From NCBI GenBank assembly GCA_965202695.1, contig OZ241843.1, forward strand, positions 826,254-890,253: DNA of 64,000 nucleotides. Reading direction: 5' to 3'. Below the pieces are notes generated by a model, which saw nothing but the letters and a program-made list of their open reading frames with translations, was not told the origin of the DNA and ran no database searches. A program made the translations under genes and the position numbers. How positions within the stretch are numbered: the first letter of the stretch is position 1; every line of letters begins with the position of its first letter. The DNA is from Vicinamibacterales bacterium (GTDB taxonomy: Bacteria > Acidobacteriota > Vicinamibacteria > Vicinamibacterales > UBA8438). Positions 8,432 to 18,113 of this stretch are shown piece after piece.

Positions 8432-8845
8432 TCACTTCAGTTTCAGGCAGGGGTAGTCCGGCGTCCGGGGCGCCACGGTGCGATTCGCGCAGTCGGCCAG
8501 CAGGTCGAGCGATTCGAGCACCACCTGGCCGAGAAGGCCCTCGCTCAGCGGCGGTCCGACGACGCAATCGGTGGTCATGAACCGTTCGGCGACGTGAATC
8601 GTCACCGGACCGGCGACCGGGCGTTCCTCTCTCCGTTCGTCGGCATACGTGACGATCACCGTCCGCCGGGTCGTCAGTCCGAGCCGTTCCACGACGTTCT
8701 GGGGCAGTACCAGAGAAACGGCACCGGTGCCGGCGACGAGCTCGACCGTCGTGCGCCGAATCCGCGCTTCGTCGAGGAATCCCCCCTCGTGGAGGGCGCG
8801 GTCCGCCGTGTTTTCGAGCAGGACCTTCGCGTTGATTTCTCCCAT
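8432..8845 (-). CDS. Retropepsin-like (clan AA) aspartic-protease-fold protein, possibly inactive
   Basis: VELVAGTGAVSLVLPQNVVERLGL aligns with the xxDTGAxxxxLPxxxAxxLGL signature of bacterial clan AA proteases. Gly sits where the catalytic Asp is expected. Confidence 0.6.
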   Translation of the reverse strand: MGEINAKVLLENTADRALHEGGFLDEARIRRTTVELVAGTGAVSLVLPQNVVERLGLTTRRTVIVTYADERREERPVAGPVTIHVAERFMTTDCVVGPPLSEGLLGQVVLESLDLLADCANRTVAPRTPDYPCLKLK

Positions 8846-9070
8846 GGCGTTCGAGGCCTCCGTCGTTTGCCGACGAGGTCAATCCCCCGCGCCCGGCGAC
8901 ACGATCGGGTACGACGAACGGCGGCAAGGACCACTACTCCCTGCCGTGTCCGCGCGGCACGAAAACCGCGCGCGCCCATCGTACTACCGAAGGGGCGCGC
9001 TTCGGCGGGTGACGACCGACGGTCCGCATCGTCTTCGGCGGGTGACGGCCGCGGCGGGCCGACTTCGCCG

Positions 9071-9228
9071 GGTGCGCGTCAAAAGCGAGACGTCGCCGCC
9101 GGGGCATCCACGCGGCCGGTTCGCGGCGTCCGTACCCGTTCGGAGGGCCTGGAGATCGACGGCTACACGGTAATCGACGACCCTGACGGGCGCCGACGGG
9201 TGCTCGTCTCGCAAATCTGACGCGCACC
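9071..9228. mobile_element. Family-2 MITE-like element (158 bp) with ~22-bp terminal inverted repeats
   Basis: Left end is GGTGCGCGTCAAAAGCGAGACG (9071-9092). The reverse complement of the right end is GGTGCGCGTCAGATTTGCGAGACG (9205-9228). The core tccaggccctccgaacgggtacggacgccgcga is shared with 54921-55152 in the opposite orientation. Confidence 0.55.
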
Positions 9229-9338
9229 TCCCGCCCGCGCCGCGAGAGTGGAACGGCGAGGACCGCGGTAGTAGGATCGCGGTGGGCGGGCGCCGGAGCC
9301 GCGAGAGGCGGCGGGGGTGCCGGGACCAGGGAGGTGTC

Positions 9339-11249
9339 ATGCCACGTCGAACCCGCCGCGCCGGAGAATCGCCCGCGCCCCTGTCCCGCGCCGCCGCGGC
9401 CCTCGGAGCCGCCGCGCTCCTCGGCGTGGCGGCCGCCGGCTGCGCCGGCGGCGGCGGACCGGCGGCGGCGGCGCCACCCCCCGAGAGCCCCGCGCAGACG
9501 GAGGCGCCGAATCCCCTGCGCAACGTCTACTTCGGCGACCTGCACGTGCACACCAACTTCTCCTACGACGCCTTCCTCAACGGCACGCGCGCCACGCCCC
9601 ACGACGCCTACCGGTACGCGAAGGGCGAGGCCCTGACCCACCCCGCGGGGTTCGAGGTCCGGCTCGACGCGCCCCTGGACTTCTACGCGGTCACCGACCA
9701 CGCCAGCTTCCTGGGCATGCTGCCGGCGCTGACGGACCCCGCGCGGGACGTCTCCCATCCCGCGGGCGCACTCGTGAACGACTTCGTCTCCGGGGCCCTG
9801 GACGGGGACGCCCGCGCCGAGGCCCGGCGCGACATCCGGGCCTACACTCTCGGCCTGAGCCAGCCGCCGCACGACCCCGACGTGGTCCGCTCGGCATGGC
9901 GCGAGACCGTCGCGGCGGCCGAGGCCCACTACGAGCCGGGCCGCTTCACCACCTTCGTCGGCTACGAGTTCACCGGCAGCCCCGAGAACCAGAACCTGCA
10001 CCGCAACGTCATCTTCCGGGGCAGCGCGGTGCCCGAGCTGCCGTTCAGCCGCCTCGACTCGTTCAACCCGGAGGAGCTGTGGGCGTGGATGGACCGCAAC
10101 CGCGAGGCGGGCATCGAGGCCCTGGCCATCCCCCACAACTCGAACGGTTCGAACGGCCTGATGTTCCGGCTCGCGACGTACGCCGGCGACCCCCTCGACG
10201 CCGGCTACGCGGAGGTCCGCACCCGCAACGAGCCGCTGGTCGAGATCACCCAGACGAAGGGCACCTCCGACACCCATCCCGCCCTCTCGCCCAACGACGA
10301 GTGGGCCGACTTCGAAATCTGGTCGTACCGGATCGGCGGAGGCACGACCCCGAGCCGGCCCGGCGGCAGCTACGTGCGCGAGGCGTACCTGAACGGCCTG
10401 CGCCTGGAGGAGGAACGCGGCATCAACCCGTTCCGCTTCGGGCTCGTGGGCGCCACCGACAGCCACGCCGGCGCCGGCGCGCTGCGCGAGTCCGACTTCT
10501 TCACCGCCGGCGGGGCCCCCCAGGTGGGCTCCTCCATACCGTTCGACCCGCCGCGGCCGGACGGCCGGCGCTACGCCGCCTCGCCCCTCGGGGCCCTGCG
10601 GGGCGCGTCGGGGCTGACCGGGGTGTGGGCGGAAGAGAACACCCGCGAGGCGATCTTCGACGCGTTCCGCCGCCGGGAGACCTTCGCCACCACCGGCCCG
10701 CGCATGCGGGTGCGGTTCTTCGCCGGCTACGGCTACCCCGACGATCTCGCGGACGATCCCGATCTGATCGCCCGGGCCTACGCCGGCGGCGTCGCCATGG
10801 GGGGCGAGCTCGCGGCCCCCGGCGGCCGGACGCCCCGCTTCCTGGTGTGGGCGAGCCGCGACCCGTCGAGCGCGCCGCTGGCGCGGCTCCAGGTGATCAA
10901 GGGCTGGGTCGACGGCGGCGCAGCGCACGAACGGGTCCACGACGTCGCGTGCTCGGACGGTCTGCGGGTCGACGAGACGACGCACCGCTGCCCCGACAAC
11001 GGCGCCCGCGTGAACCTCGCCGACTGCAGCGTCGACGAGGACGCCGGGGCGGCCGAGCTGCGCACCCTGTGGACGGACCCCGACTTCGACCCGGCCCAGC
11101 GCGCCGTCTACTACGTGCGGGTGATCGAGAACCCGTCGTGCCGCTGGTCCACGTGGGATGCGGTCCGCGCCGGCGTCGAGCCGCGGCCCGATCTCCCGGC
11201 CACCATCCAGGAGCGGGCCTGGTCGTCGCCGATCTGGATCGCGCCCTGA
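9339..11249 (+). CDS. DUF3604-domain protein, probable lipoprotein
   Basis: GGGAGG RBS before the ATG at 9339. Lipobox-like LLGVAAAGC. Typical DUF3604 features: YFGDLHVHTNFSYDAF, YEFTGSPENQNLHRNVIF, IPHNSNGSNGLMF. Confidence 0.85.
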   Translation: MPRRTRRAGESPAPLSRAAAALGAAALLGVAAAGCAGGGGPAAAAPPPESPAQTEAPNPLRNVYFGDLHVHTNFSYDAFLNGTRATPHDAYRYAKGEALTHPAGFEVRLDAPLDFYAVTDHASFLGMLPALTDPARDVSHPAGALVNDFVSGALDGDARAEARRDIRAYTLGLSQPPHDPDVVRSAWRETVAAAEAHYEPGRFTTFVGYEFTGSPENQNLHRNVIFRGSAVPELPFSRLDSFNPEELWAWMDRNREAGIEALAIPHNSNGSNGLMFRLATYAGDPLDAGYAEVRTRNEPLVEITQTKGTSDTHPALSPNDEWADFEIWSYRIGGGTTPSRPGGSYVREAYLNGLRLEEERGINPFRFGLVGATDSHAGAGALRESDFFTAGGAPQVGSSIPFDPPRPDGRRYAASPLGALRGASGLTGVWAEENTREAIFDAFRRRETFATTGPRMRVRFFAGYGYPDDLADDPDLIARAYAGGVAMGGELAAPGGRTPRFLVWASRDPSSAPLARLQVIKGWVDGGAAHERVHDVACSDGLRVDETTHRCPDNGARVNLADCSVDEDAGAAELRTLWTDPDFDPAQRAVYYVRVIENPSCRWSTWDAVRAGVEPRPDLPATIQERAWSSPIWIAP

Positions 11250-11359
11250 CCGCAACGGCCCGCATCGGGCCAGGTCCCGGCAGCGGCGCCGACGGTGCGC
11301 GGGTCCGGCGGCTCGTGCTATCTTAGCGGGGCGTAGTTTTCGATTCTGGAGGTCTTGCA

Positions 11360-12343
11360 ATGAGAGTTGGACGTTCGATGGCGGCGTTTTCGATCGTGGC
11401 GCTGGCCGGGCTGGCGGCGCTGCCGGCGGCGGCCCCGGCGCAGGATGCGCCGCGAACCGCGTGGGGGGCGCCGGACCTGCAGGGGGTCTGGGATTTCCGC
11501 ACCATCACCCCGCTCCAGCGTCCGGAGGACCTGGGCGACAAGGCGTTCCTGACGGAAGAGGAAGCGGTGGAGCGCGAACAGGCCGCCGTCGAGCGCAACA
11601 TCCGCCTGTGGAACCGGGAGGCCCAGCGCACCGAGGCGGGCGGAAGAGTGGGCGGGTACAACAACTTCTGGATGGACCGGGGCACCCGGGTCATCGGCAC
11701 GCGGCGCACGTCGCTCGTCATCGACCCGCCGAACGGCCGGCTGCCGGAGGTGACGGACGCGGGACAGGCCCGGGCCGCCGCCGGCCGCGGCTCGTTCAGC
11801 GACCAGCTCCCCGCGTCCTATACGGACCTGAGCAACGCGGACCGCTGTCTCACGGGCTTCAACGCCGGCCCCCCGATCACCCCCGGCGGGTACAACCAGA
11901 ACGTGCAGATCTTCCAGACCCCCGACCACCTCGTGCTGATGACCGAGATGGTGCACACCGTACGGAGCGTGCCCCTCGACGGCCGTCCCGCGATCGGGGA
12001 CGAGCGGCTCGCGCAATGGTCGGGCAACTCGCGCGGGCGCTGGGAAGGGGACACCCTGGTCGTCGAAACGACCAACTTCGACACGGACCGCAACTGGCGG
12101 GGGTCGAGCACCGGGATGCGCCTGGAAGAGCGGTTCACCCGCATCGACGAAACCACGCTCGAGTACGAGTACACCGTGCGCGATCCGGAAACCTGGACCG
12201 AGCCGTGGACCGTGAACCTGCCCATGACCCTGAACGAGCTGCCGATGTTCGAGTACGCCTGCCACGAGGGGAACTACTCGATGGACGCGATGCTCGGCGG
12301 GGCGCGCGCCGAGGAGCGCGCGGCGGAGGAAGGCGGGCAGTAG
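11360..12343 (+). CDS. Secreted hypothetical protein (327 aa)
   Basis: Signal peptide MAAFSIVALAGLAALPAAAPAQ. Coding-like composition. No family recognised. Confidence 0.55.
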   Translation: MRVGRSMAAFSIVALAGLAALPAAAPAQDAPRTAWGAPDLQGVWDFRTITPLQRPEDLGDKAFLTEEEAVEREQAAVERNIRLWNREAQRTEAGGRVGGYNNFWMDRGTRVIGTRRTSLVIDPPNGRLPEVTDAGQARAAAGRGSFSDQLPASYTDLSNADRCLTGFNAGPPITPGGYNQNVQIFQTPDHLVLMTEMVHTVRSVPLDGRPAIGDERLAQWSGNSRGRWEGDTLVVETTNFDTDRNWRGSSTGMRLEERFTRIDETTLEYEYTVRDPETWTEPWTVNLPMTLNELPMFEYACHEGNYSMDAMLGGARAEERAAEEGGQ

Positions 12344-12419
12344 CCGCGGAGCCGTCACCCGGCGTGCCGCGCCGCCGTTGCCGGATCCGTTCCCGGCAAC
12401 GACTCCCGCGCGGACGACC

Positions 12420-14003
12420 ATGACGCAGACCGACCGGGACAGGCAGCCGGCAGCCGGCGACCGGCGCCGGCTGCCTGTCGGCCTCCAGACTTTCCGCGAG
12501 ATCCGCGAGGGCGGCTACTACTACGTCGACAAGACGGCCGCGCTGTTGCAGCTCGCGGCCGAGGGCAAGCACTACTTCCTCTCCCGCCCGCGGCGCTTCG
12601 GCAAGAGTCTGCTCGTCGATACGCTGAAGGAGCTCTTCGAGGGCAACCGGCCGCTGTTCGCGGGGCTGGCCGCCCACGACCGGTGGGACTGGACGGTCCG
12701 CCATCCGGTGCTGCGCCTCGACTTCAGCAGCGGCGGCTTCACCGAGCCGGACGCGTTGCCGGCCAACGTCCAGGACCAGCTCGCCGCGGCCGAACGGCGG
12801 GCCGCCGTCGGCGGCGCCTACGCCAGCGCGGAAGGCCGGTTCGCGGGGCTCATCGAGGCGCTGCACGCGCAGGGCGGGCAACGCGTGGTGGTGCTGATCG
12901 ACGAATACGACAAACCGATCCTCGACGCGCTGGAAACACCCGATCTCGCCCGCGCCAACCTCGACTTTCTGCGCGGCCTGTACGGAACCATCAAGTTCAG
13001 CGACGCCCACGTCCGATTCACCCTGCTGACCGGCGTCAGCCGATTCTCCAGGGTCCGGCTGTTCTCCGGTCTCAACAACCTGATCGACATCACTCTGGAC
13101 CCGCGCTTCGGAACCCTGTGCGGCTACACGGATCACGACCTGGACACCGTGTTCGCCCCGGAGCTGCCCGGTCTGGACCGCGACGAGATTCGCGAGTGGT
13201 ACAACGGCTACCGCTGGCCGGACGGCGAACCCGTCTACAACCCCTTCGACGCCCTGCTGCTGTTCCGGAACCGCGCCTTCGGCTCCTACTGGTTCGAGAC
13301 CGGCACTCCGACGTTCCTCGTCGAGACCTTGGTTGCGCGCGGCTTCGACGCTTTCGCGCTGGAGGGTCTGCTGGGCAGCGACACGCTGCTGTCGTCGTTC
13401 GACGTGGGAGAAATCGAACCCGAGGCGCTGCTGTTCCAGACCGGCTACCTCACGGTCCGCGGCGTCGAATCGCGCGGCGGACGCACGTACTATCGGCTCG
13501 GCTACCCCAACCGCGAAGTGCGGCAGAGCCTGAACGAGTGCCTGCTGAACCATCTCACCGGCCGCCCGCGGCAACGGGCCGAACAGCGGTTCCGGCTGTA
13601 CGACCTGCTGCAGGCCAACGACTTCGCCGGCCTGGAGGCGCTGTTCCGGGCCTTCTTCGCCGGCATCCCCCACCAGTGGCACACCAACAACGACATCGCC
13701 CGCTACGAGGGCTACTACGCCAGCGTGTTCTACGCCTGCCTCGCCGCCCTCGGGCTCGACGTGCGGGTCGAGGACAGCACCAGCCACGGGCGGCTGGACC
13801 TGACGCTGCCCTTCAACGACCGCATCTACCTGTTCGAGTTCAAGGTGGTGGAGCGCGCCTCCGCCGGCGCCGCCCTGGCCCAGTTGCAGAAACGCCGCTA
13901 CGCCGACAAGTATCGGGGGTTGGGGCAGCCGATCCACCTGATCGGGGTGGAGTTCAGTCAGGCCACGCGCGGGCTGACCGCCTTCGACGTCGCCGCCGGG
14001 TGA
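12420..14003 (+). CDS. AAA-ATPase-like domain + PD-(D/E)XK nuclease-family protein (DUF1703-type)
   Basis: LPVGLQTFREIREGGYYYVDKT...HYFLSRPRRFGKSLLVDTL is the characteristic N-terminus of the AAA-ATPase_like/PDDEXK_9 family. C-terminal DLTLPF..IYLFEFKV resembles the nuclease core. Confidence 0.8.
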   Translation: MTQTDRDRQPAAGDRRRLPVGLQTFREIREGGYYYVDKTAALLQLAAEGKHYFLSRPRRFGKSLLVDTLKELFEGNRPLFAGLAAHDRWDWTVRHPVLRLDFSSGGFTEPDALPANVQDQLAAAERRAAVGGAYASAEGRFAGLIEALHAQGGQRVVVLIDEYDKPILDALETPDLARANLDFLRGLYGTIKFSDAHVRFTLLTGVSRFSRVRLFSGLNNLIDITLDPRFGTLCGYTDHDLDTVFAPELPGLDRDEIREWYNGYRWPDGEPVYNPFDALLLFRNRAFGSYWFETGTPTFLVETLVARGFDAFALEGLLGSDTLLSSFDVGEIEPEALLFQTGYLTVRGVESRGGRTYYRLGYPNREVRQSLNECLLNHLTGRPRQRAEQRFRLYDLLQANDFAGLEALFRAFFAGIPHQWHTNNDIARYEGYYASVFYACLAALGLDVRVEDSTSHGRLDLTLPFNDRIYLFEFKVVERASAGAALAQLQKRRYADKYRGLGQPIHLIGVEFSQATRGLTAFDVAAG

Positions 14004-14018
14004 GCCCCGCCGCCGCGG

Positions 14019-15710
14019 TCAAGCCACGGTCGGCCGGAAACGCGGCGGGCGGCGGGCCCGCACGGTCTGCTCGAAGGCGTATGCGATGCGGACGAGGGTC
14101 GGCTCGCTCCAGGCGCGGCCGAAGAACGACAGCCCCACCGGCAGCCCGTGCACGGCGCCGGCCGGAACCGTGACGTTGGGGTATCCGGCCGCCGCGGGAT
14201 AGCCGGAACTGCCGCCGCCGAAGTGGTCTCCGTTCACCAGGTCGGTCACCCAGGCCGGCCCCCCGGTCGGGGCGGCGATGGCGTCGAGCCGGTGCTCGTC
14301 CATCGTGCGGTCGATGCCCTCCGCGCGCGAGAGGCGCCGGGCCGTCGCCAGCGCCGTCAGGTAGGCGGGCTCCGACAACGGCCCCCGCTCCTGCGCCGCG
14401 ATCAACCGCTCCTGCCCGAAGTACGGCATCTCGGTCTCGGCGTTGCGTTCGTTGAAGGCGATCAGGTCCGCCAGCGAGCGCACCTCCGCCCCGGGGCCGC
14501 GGCGGGCGAGATAGGCGTTCAGCCCCGCCTTGAACTCGTACAGCAGCACGTCGGTCTCGGCCGCCTGCAGGCTCCGGCCGGCGCCGGGGCCCAGCACGAC
14601 CGGGTCGACGACGACCGCGCCGGCCGCCCGCATCGCGGCGGAGGCGTCCTCGACGACGCGGTCCACCCCCTCGTGGAACCCGAGGAACTGCCGCGCCACG
14701 CCGACGCGGGCGTTCCGGAGGCCGTCCGGGTCGAGGAAGGGCGTGTAGTCCGCGAGCCCGCGGGTCTCGCCGGCCGCGGTCGCCGGGTCGCGGGGGTCCG
14801 GCCCGGCCAGGATCCCCAGCAGCACCGCCGCGTCGCGCACGGTCCGGGCCATGGGGCCGGCGGTGTCCTGGGTGTGGGAGATCGGAATGACCCCGGCCCG
14901 GCTGACCAGCCCCACCGTCGGCTTGACGCCCACGATGCCGTTGGCCGACGACGGGCAGACGATCGAGCCGTCGGTCTCGGTGCCGAGGGCCGCCGCGGCG
15001 AGGTTGGCGGACACCGCGGCCCCCGAGCCCGAGCTCGACCCGCACGGATTCCGGTCGAGGACGTAGGGGTTCCGGCACTGGCCGCCCCGGCCGCTCCACC
15101 CGCTGGACGACCGGGTCGACCGGAAGTTGGCCCATTCGCTGAGGTTGGTCTTGCCCAGCAGCAGCGCCCCCGCCTGCCGCAGCCGGGCCGCGGCGCCGGA
15201 GTCCTCCGGGGGAATCCAGCCCGCCAGGGCCAGCGATCCCGCCGTCGTGGTCATGCGATCGGCGGTGTCGACGTTGTCCTTCAACAGCACCGGAATGCCG
15301 TGCAGGGGGCCGCGGAGCCGCCCGGACCGACGCTCGCGATCGAGCCGGTTCGCGATGGGGAGGGCGTCGGGGTTGATCTCGATCACCGAGCGCAGGGCCG
15401 GCCCGCGCGGGTCGATCCGCTCGATGCGGCCCAGATAGGCTTCGACGATCGAACGGGTCGTCCACGCGCCGCGGGCCAGACCCGCCTGCAGGTCCGCCAC
15501 CGTCGCTTCCGCGAGCGGGAAGTCGTCCGCGCCCGGCGGGGGCGGCTGACCCGCCGGGGCGGCGGCGCCGGGGCCGCCGGCGCCCGGCGACCCGGTGACC
15601 GCCAGCGCGCCGGCGGCCCCGGAAACGCGCAGAAAGTCCCGCCGCGACAGGCCGTCGCCCGCGTTCGCGGGGCGTGATGCTCGTGCGCCGTACCGGACGT
15701 CGTCGGTCAT
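14019..15710 (-). CDS. Amidase (amidase-signature family) with Tat signal
   Basis: SRRDFLRVSGAAGALA twin-arginine signal. GGSSSGSGAAV amidase signature and KDN...T motifs. Confidence 0.9.
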   Translation of the reverse strand: MTDDVRYGARASRPANAGDGLSRRDFLRVSGAAGALAVTGSPGAGGPGAAAPAGQPPPPGADDFPLAEATVADLQAGLARGAWTTRSIVEAYLGRIERIDPRGPALRSVIEINPDALPIANRLDRERRSGRLRGPLHGIPVLLKDNVDTADRMTTTAGSLALAGWIPPEDSGAAARLRQAGALLLGKTNLSEWANFRSTRSSSGWSGRGGQCRNPYVLDRNPCGSSSGSGAAVSANLAAAALGTETDGSIVCPSSANGIVGVKPTVGLVSRAGVIPISHTQDTAGPMARTVRDAAVLLGILAGPDPRDPATAAGETRGLADYTPFLDPDGLRNARVGVARQFLGFHEGVDRVVEDASAAMRAAGAVVVDPVVLGPGAGRSLQAAETDVLLYEFKAGLNAYLARRGPGAEVRSLADLIAFNERNAETEMPYFGQERLIAAQERGPLSEPAYLTALATARRLSRAEGIDRTMDEHRLDAIAAPTGGPAWVTDLVNGDHFGGGSSGYPAAAGYPNVTVPAGAVHGLPVGLSFFGRAWSEPTLVRIAYAFEQTVRARRPPRFRPTVA

Positions 15711-15902
15711 CCGTCACACTCTCCTGTCACCGTTGCCGAGCGGCCTGCCGGCCCGCCGTGGGTTCACCGCGCTGCCGTGGAAGAACTCCGGCGATGTTTC
15801 GCCCGCCGCTTGCAACGTACGGCGAGGGCAGCAGAATACCGCACCCGGCGCGACCAGGCGCATTGACACCCCCTCCTGATTCGCTGATCGTATAATTCGA
15901 CC

Positions 15903-16178
15903 ATGCCGTCCCGCGTGTATGCCGTCCTCCTTGAAGAACCCAGCTCGGAGTCGTTCGAGCGTCTGCGGAAGACCTACGCCGACAATTTCTACGAGATGAC
16001 GCCGACCTCGGGCTTTGTGCGAACCGACGCCCTGACCAGGACGATTGCGGAGAAGGCCGGCATCAAGGACGAACAGGAACAGATAGCCTCCGGCGTGGTC
16101 TTCAGGCTCAACAAGGCGTACTCCGGGTTCGCCGACAGGGCGCTGTGGGAATGGCTGCGACAAGCCGAAGAAGACTGA
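15903..16178 (+). CDS. Hypothetical protein (91 aa)
   Basis: ATG ORF in a locally lower-G+C patch with normal amino-acid composition. No family recognised. Confidence 0.4.
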   Translation: MPSRVYAVLLEEPSSESFERLRKTYADNFYEMTPTSGFVRTDALTRTIAEKAGIKDEQEQIASGVVFRLNKAYSGFADRALWEWLRQAEED

Positions 16179-16394
16179 GGGGGCAGCAGCCAAAAACCGC
16201 GGCTGAAGTCGACCGCGATGAGCGCGAACGGGAAACGACCGATTCCCGGCTGCGCGCCCTGGAGAACCGCATGACGCGCGTGGAGACGATCCTCTGGATC
16301 GTGGGCGCCCTCACCGCCATGCTGTTCGCCGCCGTGACCAGGATGTGCGATATCCCTTGGCCGGCTCCCGGGTCCGATTGACGGCAGCTTGGCC

Positions 16395-16505
16395 CCGTTC
16401 AACCGTCAGGAACGTCCTTCACCACAACGCTCCCGCCGGCGCTGCCGCGGCGCGGAGCCGACCGCTGTCCGTTCAACCGTCGGGAACGTCATTTCACAAC
16501 GCTCC
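16395..16505. repeat. Direct repeat, two ~40-bp copies 74 bp apart
   Basis: ccgttcaaccgtcRggaacgtc(c/a)tt(t)cac(c)acaacgctcc occurs at 16395 and 16469. The second copy contains the MFS stop codon. Confidence 0.6.
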
Positions 16506-17745
16506 TCCGCGGCGGGACGGGGCGCCGCAGCGCGGCGGCGGCGGCCGCGCCGGCGAGGCCGAGCGCCAGCAGGCCGATGAACGGTACCGCATAGCTGCCG
16601 GTCGCGTCGAACGCGGCGCCGGCCAGCCACGGCCCCAGACCGCCGAAGACGCCGGTGCACGTGGTCCGGATGCCGCTGGTCACCGCGAACGCGCCCCGGC
16701 CGAAGAAGTGGGAGAAGACGACGGGGATGCACACGAAGGCCATCCCGAACCCGACCCCGATCAGGGCGACGGCCGCCAGGGCGAGGGCGGGGTCGCCGGC
16801 CAGCACCAGCGCCCCGGCCCCGAGCCCTTCGAGGGCGAGGGCCGCGGCCAGCACGCGCTGCGGCGCGACCCAGTCTCCCACCGCCCCCATCATGCGCCCG
16901 CCGATGCTGACGAGGGCCATCGTGCCCACGAACCCGATCGCCGCCGTCTCCGCGTGCCCGAGATCGGTCAGGTGCAGGGCGAGATGGGCCACCGCGGTGT
17001 TCCAGGGCGTCGCGTAGGCGACGCCGCACACGAGCAGCAGGCCGAACTGCGGCGTCCGCACCGCCTGGCGCGCCGTCCAGCCGTCCGCGGCCGCGCCGTC
17101 CGACGCCGCGCCCCCGCCCGGCCCGCCCCCCGGGGCGGCAGCCGCGCCGTCGAGATGCTGGCCGACCGACTCGGGACGCTCCCGCACGAGCGCCGCGGCG
17201 ATCAGCCCCAGGGTCGCCGAGAGGCCGGCGATCAGGACCCAGCCGGTGCGCCAGTCGTAACGTGCGAGGACCCACGCGTCGGCCGGGGCGACGAGCCCGC
17301 CCACGAGGCCGCCGGCCGTGAAGATGGCGGCGATGACCCGCGCCCGGCGGCGGAGAAACCAGTTCTGTCCCAGCGTCTGCGCGGGCACGGTGGTCGAGAA
17401 CCCGATGCCGATGCCTCCCAGAACCGAGAAGCCGAGGTAGCAGTCGAACGCGGTCTCCGCCCCGGCCAGCAGGAGCAGCCCCGCCGCGGTGACGCAGAAC
17501 CCCGCCGGCATGACGCGCCGCAGCCCGAAGCGGGCGATGGCCAGGCCCACGAGCAGGCCCACGCACTGGTGCAGGGTGTTGAACAACCCGAACACGCCGC
17601 CGGCGGCGGCGCGGTCGATGGCGAGGTCGGCGGTGATGCGCGGCGCGAAGATGCTCCAGCTATAGTACGCTGGCGACATCCCGAACCCGTAGCACAGGCC
17701 GGCCGCGAGCAGGACGACCCAACCGTAGAAGAAGCGGGACGTCAC
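16489..17745 (-). CDS. MFS transporter
   Basis: 418 aa with about 12 hydrophobic segments. N-terminus FFYGWVVLLAAGLCYGFG and the loop GLAIARFGLRRVM are typical of the MFS (oxalate/formate-antiporter-like) family. Confidence 0.85.
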   Translation of the reverse strand: MTSRFFYGWVVLLAAGLCYGFGMSPAYYSWSIFAPRITADLAIDRAAAGGVFGLFNTLHQCVGLLVGLAIARFGLRRVMPAGFCVTAAGLLLLAGAETAFDCYLGFSVLGGIGIGFSTTVPAQTLGQNWFLRRRARVIAAIFTAGGLVGGLVAPADAWVLARYDWRTGWVLIAGLSATLGLIAAALVRERPESVGQHLDGAAAAPGGGPGGGAASDGAAADGWTARQAVRTPQFGLLLVCGVAYATPWNTAVAHLALHLTDLGHAETAAIGFVGTMALVSIGGRMMGAVGDWVAPQRVLAAALALEGLGAGALVLAGDPALALAAVALIGVGFGMAFVCIPVVFSHFFGRGAFAVTSGIRTTCTGVFGGLGPWLAGAAFDATGSYAVPFIGLLALGLAGAAAAAALRRPVPPRRSVVK

Positions 17746-18017
17746 GGCCGAAGGGGGAACGCCACCGCCACCGCCTGCTTGATGGCCGGCGTACCGGTCA
17801 CGCGCGGCCCGCGGACGTCGCTCAGCCAGCCGACGTGCCGCATCACCTGCGAGCGTTCCAGCCCCTCCTCGCGGATGGCCGCCACCACCGCCTCGTCCAC
17901 CGGCTGGGCCGCCGCCGGGAGGGCGAGCGCCGCGGCCAGGAAGGCGGCCAGGAAGGCGGCCGGGAACGGCGGCGGGCGGCGGGAGCTGGAACGGCGGCTC
18001 ATGCGGGACGCCTTCAT
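17742..18017 (-). pseudogene. N-terminal remnant of an M28-type peptidase (signal peptide + first ~60 residues)
   Basis: IREEGLERSQVMRHVGWLSDVRGPRVTGTPAIKQA resembles the conserved N-terminal helix region of M28 aminopeptidases. The ORF stops after ~90 codons, where the MFS start overlaps it. Confidence 0.4.
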
Positions 18018-18113
18018 GGCGCGGGCCGGCCCATCATACCGCGGCCGGTCCATGGCGCACGCGCGCGCTTTGCACTGCGGCATGGCCCGGCCCCGGCGGG
18101 GCCGGAACGCGGT

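Noticed and set aside
8934-11360. 808-aa minus-strand ORF opposite the DUF3604 gene
   Set aside because: Shadow ORF with Arg/Gly/Pro-rich composition. The plus strand carries unmistakable DUF3604 motifs.
16145-16381. 78-aa ORF with a C-terminal hydrophobic segment following the 91-aa ORF
   Set aside because: No convincing start or RBS: the annotated start overlaps the upstream gene and is followed by an Arg-rich stretch. There is no recognisable family. It is kept only as a remark, not a feature.
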